From Bacteriovoracaceae bacterium (GTDB lineage: Bacteria; Bdellovibrionota; Bacteriovoracia; Bacteriovoracales; Bacteriovoracaceae): a stretch of DNA of 64,000 nt. The translations under genes were made by a program, and so were the position numbers. Where the stretch lies: the NCBI GenBank assembly GCA_018649885.1, contig JABIHA010000018.1:1-64000 (forward strand), written 5' to 3'. Below are positions 39,628 to 47,642 of the stretch, in pieces (the stretch's first letter is position 1; every line of letters starts with the position of its first letter). The notes beneath the pieces are model-generated. The model searched no databases. It saw only the letters and a list, made by a program, of their open reading frames with translations, and was not told the origin of the DNA.

Positions 39628-40818
39628 CTAATCATCACGATCAACTTGCTTTTGATGTTTGTCTTTAACCATTGATAGGTAGCAAATTTTCTGACTTGAT
39701 TTATCGACATCACAATTGTCATTCGCTGACTCACAGTCAACAATGAGTTTTACTCGACATTTATGAAGGTTTCCTGCTGTTCTTTTAAGTATGGCAGATG
39801 CTTTACGTTTTCCAATCCCTTTTAATTCAGTGAGTGAGGTTTTACTACATCCTCCTGACTCCCATCTTTTAGTGAAGAGACCTTTTCTTGTTTCTTGAGT
39901 GTGTCTAATATTTTTGACAGTATAATTTGAGGGGCAACTTTTAGATAGATTATAGTTAGTATGGAAAAAAGCTTGAGGTTTAGTTTCCTTCCAACCACTT
40001 TTGACTGTAGTAGAATCTCCACCTTTGCAATTGACACTACTATTTTGAGTGATATTGGTACAAACTTCTTTGAATCTATATTTTGTACCATGTTTATTAA
40101 TCACGATTGAATTGAGATTATTTATCTCGATTAGCTTAGTGGATATTTTATTAATAGTAACTTCATTGAAATCACCATACATATTAGTACATTTACCATC
40201 TTGCATATTAAACTCACCATCCATCGATGTACAAACAGATTCCTCGATATCATTTAGTGAGCTACAACCCAGGTATGAGGACTCATCGTCAGAAATACCT
40301 AGTGTAATTGGAAATTCTAGTTTCTTAAAACTTTCATTCTTACCAACAATAAATTTAGCATTCAGCACTAGGGTTGCTGATTCAGAACCATCTGGTGCAT
40401 AACTATCTTCGGGAACTACTATGGCACTTGCTATCTCAGTTCCACGGTAGTCGTTACTCCATCCTTCATCTGGTTCAGCTTCCTTCATTTCATCAGGGAG
40501 CTCTTCTTCGTCAAACACGAGTACCTCTCCGCCTAAAATAATATAGGGAAGGCTATAGCTTTCTTCTCCAATATCTTGACCGCCCATAATCTGAGAGATC
40601 CCTGTTTCTTCACATGAAGAAGAGTTGAATAATGAATTCATACGATTAAAAAGATTGGCCTTTTCAATACTTGCTTGCATTCTTGTTGTAGTCTTATTTC
40701 CCTCATCACTGATTTTCATAACTGTGAGTGTAAGGCCTGAAACAATTGCAGCCGCAATTGTGGCCTGTAAAATACTAGTTCCACGAGCATTGTTAATTAA
40801 AAATAGTTTCTTACTCAT
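39628..40818 (-). CDS. Prepilin-like (class III signal) secreted protein with Cys-rich C-terminus and HhH-like motif
   Basis: NNARG|TSILQATIAAAIVSGLTL; LTELKGIGKRKASAIL; start MSKKLF at 40818. Confidence 0.55.
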   Translation of the reverse strand: MSKKLFLINNARGTSILQATIAAAIVSGLTLTVMKISDEGNKTTTRMQASIEKANLFNRMNSLFNSSSCEETGISQIMGGQDIGEESYSLPYIILGGEVLVFDEEELPDEMKEAEPDEGWSNDYRGTEIASAIVVPEDSYAPDGSESATLVLNAKFIVGKNESFKKLEFPITLGISDDESSYLGCSSLNDIEESVCTSMDGEFNMQDGKCTNMYGDFNEVTINKISTKLIEINNLNSIVINKHGTKYRFKEVCTNITQNSSVNCKGGDSTTVKSGWKETKPQAFFHTNYNLSKSCPSNYTVKNIRHTQETRKGLFTKRWESGGCSKTSLTELKGIGKRKASAILKRTAGNLHKCRVKLIVDCESANDNCDVDKSSQKICYLSMVKDKHQKQVDRDD

Positions 40819-41029
40819 TTGGAAATCCCCCAATCGTCTTTATCAGTTTTAGATATACCTTGTTTGCTTTATTCAACTAACCCTAGTCTTAAAGGCATAT
40901 CGACAAATAAAAATTATAAGTTGAGTTCAAAAAATGGGCAGAAAAATTAAAATTAAATCCATAAGCACTTGTATTAATAAGACTTCTTGTGAGATTAAGT
41001 GGTTTTTATTTAGCAAATAATTATTGGCA

Positions 41030-41803
41030 TTATTTAGAAATAGAGGCCAGGGGCCTGATTAGGATAGAAGATAAGATATCAGCACCTTGCTGGCTTAAGT
41101 GGATAGTATCGATAAAGTAATCAAAACCTCTCTCTTTTGCCATTTGATCGAAGCTTTTTCCAAGAATAAAGTGGGCATATCCATTAATAAAACCAGGCTC
41201 AAGATAATTCAGAGGAAAGGGGAAGGAGAATTCTAGTGGACTTTGATCCATTAGCTTTGAAAATTCACTGTGAAAATCAATTAAACTAATTTGGTCTTTT
41301 TTAGAAATATCTTTCAGTAGCTGATTGTACTTTGAGATTTGGGTGTTTCGAATACTCGTTTTTTCTTCTCTTAATGGGGGAATGGTAATTAAAGTGATAT
41401 TTGATGTGAGCTGTCTGAGGTTTTGAATGACCTTTTCGACATTGAGCACGGCCAGGTCTATGTCCATATTTTGGTCGATATCATTTGTACCAATCAATAT
41501 AAAAATTTGATCATCTTTCTTTAATTCAATAGTTTCAATTTTTTTTAGTAAACCAGCTGTTGTAAGCCCATTTACTCCAAAGTTGAGGATATCTTTGTTT
41601 GAATATTCGCCATTTTTTTTAAGGGGGCTGATAAAACTTCCACTGATAGTGGCCTTTGTTAAGCTATCTCCTAAAAAAACTACTGCTCCTTCGCTCGTTA
41701 GGCGCTGATTATCGAAGGGCCTGAAAATTTGAAAAATAGTATAGAAGACAGTAAATATGATACTGCAAGTTACCACTAAAAAAAATAGGCTAATTTTTAG
41801 CAT
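41030..41803 (-). CDS. Membrane-anchored SGNH/GDSL hydrolase
   Basis: N-terminal TM, GDSLT, GVNG, IGTND, DTIH blocks. Confidence 0.88.
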   Translation of the reverse strand: MLKISLFFLVVTCSIIFTVFYTIFQIFRPFDNQRLTSEGAVVFLGDSLTKATISGSFISPLKKNGEYSNKDILNFGVNGLTTAGLLKKIETIELKKDDQIFILIGTNDIDQNMDIDLAVLNVEKVIQNLRQLTSNITLITIPPLREEKTSIRNTQISKYNQLLKDISKKDQISLIDFHSEFSKLMDQSPLEFSFPFPLNYLEPGFINGYAHFILGKSFDQMAKERGFDYFIDTIHLSQQGADILSSILIRPLASISK

Positions 41804-42171
41804 TGACCAACTAGTTTTACGATTGATCCTACTGAAATATAGTCTTTTAAATCAGCTGGAGTAATTCCAGACTTGTTCTCATCTAAAAGAGGTAAGTATT
41901 CTTTTAATTTAGATAGTGCTTTCTGGGTAAGAGTGCCTTCACTGATGGCCTCTTCTTCTGGCAGATCAATACGTTTTAAAAAATTGAAATCTTCCTTATC
42001 GAGAGTGATATCAAATTTTTCTTCTAGTTGAAACATAATGTCTAGAAAATCTAGAGAGTCCGCTCCAAGATCTACAATCAGTTTAGTATTAGTGGTAATC
42101 TCTTGATCTTCGATAACAAGGGATTCTTTCACACATTCAATCACTCCATCAACGATTTCTTGCTTTTCCAT
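41797..42171 (-). CDS. Acyl carrier protein, extended (124 aa)
   Basis: DLGADSLD phosphopantetheine site, LEEKFDI; AGGAGG RBS. Confidence 0.88.
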   Translation of the reverse strand: MEKQEIVDGVIECVKESLVIEDQEITTNTKLIVDLGADSLDFLDIMFQLEEKFDITLDKEDFNFLKRIDLPEEEAISEGTLTQKALSKLKEYLPLLDENKSGITPADLKDYISVGSIVKLVGQC

Positions 42172-42186
42172 ATTGTCCTCCTAAAA

Positions 42187-42909
42187 CTATATTAATAAGT
42201 ATCCACCATCTACAGGTAAACATACTCCGGTAATCATTTTTGATAAGTCTGAAACTAAAAAAGCGCATGCATTTGCTATATCTTCAGCAGGTATCAATTT
42301 CCCCATGGGAACCATATCTGCAGGGTTCACACCTGTTTGCACAATACTTTTTTCAAGCATCGGGCTCATAACAGGCCCTGGAAGAATTGCGTTTACTCTA
42401 ATGCCTCGTTTGGCGACTTCAGCCGCAAGAGATTTCACTAGTCCTTCTATTCCGGCCTTTGTAGCACTATAGGTGACGTGTCCTCTAGTCATTCTGTGGG
42501 CAGAGACTGATCCCATGTGGATCAAAACACCTGCTCTTTTTCTCATCATGGCCTTAACCGCAAGTTGTGAGATAAAGATACTACCAGTTAGATTGACCTC
42601 AATGAGTTTCCTAGTGTCTTCTTCGCTCATACCAACTAGTGGTGCAGCGCTGTGGACACCACTGCAATTGATGACAGCGTCGATCTTGTCTACATTTTCT
42701 TTATAGAGCTTAAATAGATTTTCAATATTTTCATAACTAGAGATGTCACACTGAAATGAGTTATCAGAAAATTCATTTAACTCACTTGTAAGCTCTCTAT
42801 TATAGGTGACTGATACATTGGCACCAGCTTGTTTGAGTACAACTGCACAGCTTTTACCAATGGCCCCTGAAGCTCCAATTATTAGGATATTTTTTCCAGC
42901 TAGATTCAT
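42187..42909 (-). CDS. fabG: 3-oxoacyl-ACP reductase-like SDR
   Basis: GASGAIG, VNL, YSATK, IRVNAILPG, VDGG. Confidence 0.8.
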   Translation of the reverse strand: MNLAGKNILIIGASGAIGKSCAVVLKQAGANVSVTYNRELTSELNEFSDNSFQCDISSYENIENLFKLYKENVDKIDAVINCSGVHSAAPLVGMSEEDTRKLIEVNLTGSIFISQLAVKAMMRKRAGVLIHMGSVSAHRMTRGHVTYSATKAGIEGLVKSLAAEVAKRGIRVNAILPGPVMSPMLEKSIVQTGVNPADMVPMGKLIPAEDIANACAFLVSDLSKMITGVCLPVDGGYLLI

Positions 42910-44111
42910 TGTGGTCCCCTTTCAATAATCAAAGAAGAGTTCTGTCCACCAAATCCAAAGGAATTTTTGAGGATATATTTAAAATCACCTTTTAAGTTTT
43001 CTTCACGGACATGACAAAGATCGCAGCTTTCATCAACTTCATCGAGATTGAGAGTTTGGTGCAACTCTTGTCTTTTAAAGGCAATCACTGAGGTAACCGT
43101 TTCGATAGCACCTGCTGCTGATATACAGTGTCCTACAAGCGATTTAGTCGCAAATACAGGAGTAGTTTTTGCTTTATCTCCCAGCAAGGTTTTTATAGCA
43201 TATGTTTCTGTAGGATCATTTTTAGGAGTTGCGGTCCCGTGTACAGAGATAGCATCAATATCGGAAATATCTAATCCACTATCATCAAGGGCCCTTTTCA
43301 TAGAGTCATAAGCTCCTCTACCTTCAGGGTGAGGATCACTGACACTGTGGGCGTCAAGACTATTTCCATGACCTACGATGTAACCCAAAACCTTAGCTCC
43401 TCTAGCTATTGCACTAGTTTCAGATTCTAGAACTAAAAATGCAGCTCCTTCTCCAAGTACAAAACCATTTCTATTTTTATCAAATGGTCTTGAAGCCGTT
43501 TTTGGGTTTTCATTATCAGTGGTCATTGCACCAATTCGACAAAAGCCTGCAATACCCATGGGATTGACCATGGAATCAGTTCCGCCGGCCAAGCATATAT
43601 CAAGAGATCCTGATTTGACTTTTTTATAGGCATCTCCAATGGCATCTGTTCCAGCTGCACATGCTGAAATATGAATTGCGGGTGAATGATTGAATCCAAA
43701 TTCATGAGAAATCATATGAGCACATAAATCACTCGGAAAGTTGAGAAATGATATTTCATTTGAAGTTTTTCCATTAAAGCGCACATCAATTAAGTCATCC
43801 ATGGAGAAAAGCTCAAGCCCTATTCCAATGGAAAGTGATGAGTTTGCCTTTTTAATCTGATCTGTGCTGAGGCCACTATTTGAAATCGCCTCACGAGATG
43901 CCTTCAGAGCAAAGTCAACTTTGATATCACGGTAGTTTGCACTGAAATCTTTAACTTCACATGCTATATGAGTTGGAAGCCCAGAAGCATCAAATCTAGT
44001 AATTTCACCTGCGCCAGAGACCCCGTCATAGAGTGATTTTTCAAATGCTTCAATATCATTTCCAATAGGTGTGATGGCCCCAATACCTGTAATACAGACG
44101 CGATTACTCAT
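42906..44111 (-). CDS. fabF: Beta-ketoacyl-ACP synthase (FabF-type)
   Basis: Intact Cys-His-His triad: SACAAG, HGTAT, KSLVGH; SRPFD, GEGA, NSFGFGG. Confidence 0.92.
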   Translation of the reverse strand: MSNRVCITGIGAITPIGNDIEAFEKSLYDGVSGAGEITRFDASGLPTHIACEVKDFSANYRDIKVDFALKASREAISNSGLSTDQIKKANSSLSIGIGLELFSMDDLIDVRFNGKTSNEISFLNFPSDLCAHMISHEFGFNHSPAIHISACAAGTDAIGDAYKKVKSGSLDICLAGGTDSMVNPMGIAGFCRIGAMTTDNENPKTASRPFDKNRNGFVLGEGAAFLVLESETSAIARGAKVLGYIVGHGNSLDAHSVSDPHPEGRGAYDSMKRALDDSGLDISDIDAISVHGTATPKNDPTETYAIKTLLGDKAKTTPVFATKSLVGHCISAAGAIETVTSVIAFKRQELHQTLNLDEVDESCDLCHVREENLKGDFKYILKNSFGFGGQNSSLIIERGPQ

Positions 44112-44964
44112 GTTGAGCCCCTCCTAGTTCAATGGAGATACTTGTTCCAAAGTCAGTGTGGTGATCTATAGTTTCACAGTGGTTTTCTTTTGCACTTTCT
44201 AGCTTTGTGACAATCTCTAGAGAAATTTGGCTACACCCAAGAGGAAGCTCTAGGGTTTTTCCTTGGATTTCACTAATCTTGTTACCAATATCCACTGGCC
44301 TGTAAGACTCTATGACATCTTTTATTTGTAGGCCCAAGTCATCTCTTCTAAGTATCATGACTGACGCTGAATCTATGGGATCCTTGTTTAAGTCGTGGCC
44401 CAAACGTTGGTAGAATTGCCTGACGAGAAAGTTATCTTGATCACAAGCGGATCCAACTATAGCATAGTCAATGATTCCATCTTCCAGATCTTTGATTCCC
44501 TTTTGCAAGCATTGAACCCAGTCCGAAACACCAGAATAAGTCATAAAATACCTTCCGGTGACACCTAAGTTATATGAAGTGTGAAACAAGGCCATATTGG
44601 GAAGACATTTAAAAGTCAGAAGTGGATTCATCGAATTATAAGCAAGATCTGAAAAAACCTTTATATCAAATTTGTTATCAGTAATTGATTTTACACATAA
44701 TTTTTCTAGTGGTGCCTCATCAAATGGCAGAATTCCTACGCATAGATAAATGCCAACTCGGCTGAGATCTTGATCTTCTTCAATTTTTGCCTGCTCCCAT
44801 GACTTGAGAGCGCAAAGGGCCATGAGTTTATCCTGCTTTGACATGAACTTAAAAAGCTTTCTATCTTTTAAAAGCCCCTTGATTTCAGTGTCTAGGCTTT
44901 TCATGGCCAATTGATTTGACTCAAAATCACTTGATATGAAGTTGTATCCGGATTTTATTCTCAT
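44104..44964 (-). CDS. Truncated, catalytically inactive ketosynthase-like protein (chain-length-factor-like)
   Basis: KS N-domain motifs (RVGIYL, NPLLTFKCLPNM, YAIVGS) but no catalytic Cys loop (YSGVSD) and no C-terminal His motifs. Confidence 0.7.
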   Translation of the reverse strand: MRIKSGYNFISSDFESNQLAMKSLDTEIKGLLKDRKLFKFMSKQDKLMALCALKSWEQAKIEEDQDLSRVGIYLCVGILPFDEAPLEKLCVKSITDNKFDIKVFSDLAYNSMNPLLTFKCLPNMALFHTSYNLGVTGRYFMTYSGVSDWVQCLQKGIKDLEDGIIDYAIVGSACDQDNFLVRQFYQRLGHDLNKDPIDSASVMILRRDDLGLQIKDVIESYRPVDIGNKISEIQGKTLELPLGCSQISLEIVTKLESAKENHCETIDHHTDFGTSISIELGGAQHE

Positions 44965-45437
44965 CGATACTCCGGTGGATTTTCAAGTCCTCTAGTCCAT
45001 ACTTTATATACATCTTGTCTTTGTTTTTTTACATTTTCTGAATCAATGGCCATTAAGCTAAATGTGATAATTCCTGAGGCCCTTTGCTCGCCATTACAGC
45101 TGGCCTCCACTTTAATTTTTGCAGCATCGGTGAGTTGTGACATAAAAGTTGCCTTATATGTTAAGACATCACCAGGAATTGAAAATCCTCTGAACTTCAT
45201 TTTATCAACTTGGCAAAGGAGGGCCCTTTTAATATTTTCATCACTTGTATTTACTGTGGCCTCAAGGAGGAAACCCGCAAGTTGAGCAAGTCCTTCAATA
45301 ATCATAGCTCCTGGAAGCACGGGAAAATCAGGAAAGTGATCATGCATTATTGATTCAGTATAAGAGATGGCCTTAAGACCTGTTGCAGTTTCACCCAAGT
45401 GAATTTCTGTAATTCTATCTAGTAAGAAATATCTCAT
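44961..45437 (-). CDS. fabZ: 3-hydroxyacyl-ACP dehydratase
   Basis: LLDRI, HFPDFPVLPGAMIIEGLAQ, KFR..PGD. Confidence 0.88.
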   Translation of the reverse strand: MRYFLLDRITEIHLGETATGLKAISYTESIMHDHFPDFPVLPGAMIIEGLAQLAGFLLEATVNTSDENIKRALLCQVDKMKFRGFSIPGDVLTYKATFMSQLTDAAKIKVEASCNGEQRASGIITFSLMAIDSENVKKQRQDVYKVWTRGLENPPEYR

Positions 45438-46123
45438 TATAGGCCCCCATCGAGGACAAAGTTTTGTCCTGTTATATATGTATTTTCAGAAACGATCCAA
45501 GAAATTGTCTTGGCCATATCTTTATTTGTCCCGAATCGTTTTAAGGAACAGTGTTTAAGGTAAGATTTTTTACTTTTCTGATCGATAATTTTTCCAGCCC
45601 CATCTTCTAGAAGTCCAGGATCTACACAATTGATTAGGACACCATCACGACCCAGTTGCTTGGACAGAGATTGAACCAGCCCTTTCAATGTCCCTTTTGA
45701 TAGTGCATACTCTGGTGCCACATCAATGGATTTAGTTCCAACAAGAGATCCTACGAAAATAATATTCGAAGGTCGCTTCAATAGCTTCTTTGAGTTGAGT
45801 ATTCCAATAAGATCGTATGGACCTACACTTTGAACAAGATTTGATTTTGTAAATATTTGGTAATTTAATTTTGAGCGGTCTTCATCAACATTTAACTCAC
45901 GATCAATACCAGCGGCAAATACAATGGCATCAACAGGTCTTGTGATCTTTTCACATAATGCAGCAATTGATTTTGGGTCGGTTAAATCGCAGTGTTCCCC
46001 ATCATCTTGAATTTTATTTTGGTGGTAACTGCCAATAGTCTCAAAACCTAGTTCTCGTAAGCTCTTTTGAACTTCACTACCAATGTAGCCACTAGCACCA
46101 ATAATTAAGGCAAGTCTTTTCAT
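45437..46123 (-). CDS. Divergent SDR (FabG-like)
   Basis: GASGYIG, YALSK, NCVDPG, GQNFVLDGG. Confidence 0.78.
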   Translation of the reverse strand: MKRLALIIGASGYIGSEVQKSLRELGFETIGSYHQNKIQDDGEHCDLTDPKSIAALCEKITRPVDAIVFAAGIDRELNVDEDRSKLNYQIFTKSNLVQSVGPYDLIGILNSKKLLKRPSNIIFVGSLVGTKSIDVAPEYALSKGTLKGLVQSLSKQLGRDGVLINCVDPGLLEDGAGKIIDQKSKKSYLKHCSLKRFGTNKDMAKTISWIVSENTYITGQNFVLDGGL

Positions 46124-46872
46124 TACAGCCCCCCATCAGCGATAAGGGTTGAGCCGCTCATATAGCCACTTAAATCAGATAATAAAAATGATGTGACCTT
46201 GGCAATTTCACTAAAACTTCCAGGTCTTCCAAGAGCTGTTTGCTCAAAGAATTCTTCCTTTTTTTCTTCAGGAATTCCCTTTGCTACACCGCCATCTAAT
46301 ATTCCTGGGGCCAAGCAGTTGACTCTTATTTGGTATTTACCAATCTCTTTACAAAGAGATTCAGAAAATCCTTTAAGCGCTGCTTTTGTGGCACAGTAGT
46401 CTATGGGAGCTGCTAATATTCTTACACCAGCTAACGAGCTGACATTTACAATAGAGCCTGATTTTTTTCTAATCATTGGACGAATAATTGATTTAGTCGC
46501 TGCAAATGCACTCTTTAAGTTAATTCTTGTGGTGCGATCCCAATCTTCTTCATCGAGTAGTGCTAGCGGATAAAATTCACTTACTCCCAAATTATTGACA
46601 AGACCATCGATTTTTCCCCACTTCTCCATTACCAATTCAGAAAGTTTCTTATAACCCTCTAATGAGTCAGCTTCAACCTGCATACAGATATGTTCTCTTC
46701 CAGTGTTGTCAGCGATTTCATCAAGAAGCTCATTTGCAATTTTCTCATTTTTACCATAAGTAAACGCAATATGGGCCCCTCTACTACTGAGGAGTTTGAC
46801 TATCTCACATCCGAGACCGCGCGATCCGCCGGTTACGATAATGACTTTGTCCATATGTAAGTTTTCAAACAT
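46123..46872 (-). CDS. fabG: 3-oxoacyl-ACP reductase-like SDR
   Basis: TGGSRGLG, LVNN, NVSS, YCATK, IRVNCLAPG. Confidence 0.83.
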   Translation of the reverse strand: MFENLHMDKVIIVTGGSRGLGCEIVKLLSSRGAHIAFTYGKNEKIANELLDEIADNTGREHICMQVEADSLEGYKKLSELVMEKWGKIDGLVNNLGVSEFYPLALLDEEDWDRTTRINLKSAFAATKSIIRPMIRKKSGSIVNVSSLAGVRILAAPIDYCATKAALKGFSESLCKEIGKYQIRVNCLAPGILDGGVAKGIPEEKKEEFFEQTALGRPGSFSEIAKVTSFLLSDLSGYMSGSTLIADGGL

Positions 46873-46874
46873 AA

Positions 46875-47642
46875 TTAAGCTCCCATAATATGACCACCAG
46901 AATCAATATAATGGGTTCCTCCTGTAATATTTTTTGCAAGATCAGAGCAAAGATAGGTAGCAAAATTTCCAACATCAGTTATAGTTGTTGGCTCCCCAAG
47001 AGGAGTTCTTTCTTTGACAATCTCCATAGTTTTTTTAAAATTTGGAAATATTGAAGCAGCTAGCGTTTTTACTGGCCCAGGTGAAAGAGTGTTAACTCTA
47101 ATTTTATGAGCTCCAAGTTCATCGGCAAGATACTTTACAGATGACTCAAGAGCCGCTTTTGCTGGTCCCATGATTTTGTAACCTGTCATAACTTTTTGTG
47201 AACCGTAAAATGAAAGTGTTAATATTGATCCGCCGTTGTCTTTCATGAAGGGAGTGGATCTATTTGCAATATCTATTAGTGAAAAAACACTTATTTCCAT
47301 TGTTTGCGAGAAATCTTCCTTAGAAGTTTTGGTGAAGTCATTTTCAAGACAGTTCGTGGGCGTAAATGCTAGGGAATGGACCACTATATCTACTGAGCCC
47401 CATTTTTTTTCAACTTCACTAAATACAAGATCAAGGTCAGTTGAATCTGTAACATCACATTTAACAACAAAGCTGGCATTCAACTCGTTATCAACTTTTT
47501 GTACTCTTGAAAGAAGTCTTTCATTTTGATAAGTAAAAGCAATGTCAGCACCGGCTTCTTTAAGAGACCTTGCAATTCCATAAGCTATGCTTCTGTTATT
47601 GGCTATTCCAAAAATGAGTGCTTTTTTGCCGCTTAAATTCAT
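46875..47642 (-). CDS. fabI: Enoyl-ACP reductase
   Basis: GIANNRSIAYGIA, HSLAF, YKIMGPAKAALE, GPVKTLAAS. Confidence 0.92.
   Translation of the reverse strand: MNLSGKKALIFGIANNRSIAYGIARSLKEAGADIAFTYQNERLLSRVQKVDNELNASFVVKCDVTDSTDLDLVFSEVEKKWGSVDIVVHSLAFTPTNCLENDFTKTSKEDFSQTMEISVFSLIDIANRSTPFMKDNGGSILTLSFYGSQKVMTGYKIMGPAKAALESSVKYLADELGAHKIRVNTLSPGPVKTLAASIFPNFKKTMEIVKERTPLGEPTTITDVGNFATYLCSDLAKNITGGTHYIDSGGHIMGA

Noticed and set aside
41797..47642. Ordinary housekeeping fab operon, or aryl polyene cluster
   Set aside because: Lacks plsX/fabH/fabD; has a dead KS, an extended ACP and three SDRs; an enoyl reductase and no aryl-loading ligase argue against a polyene
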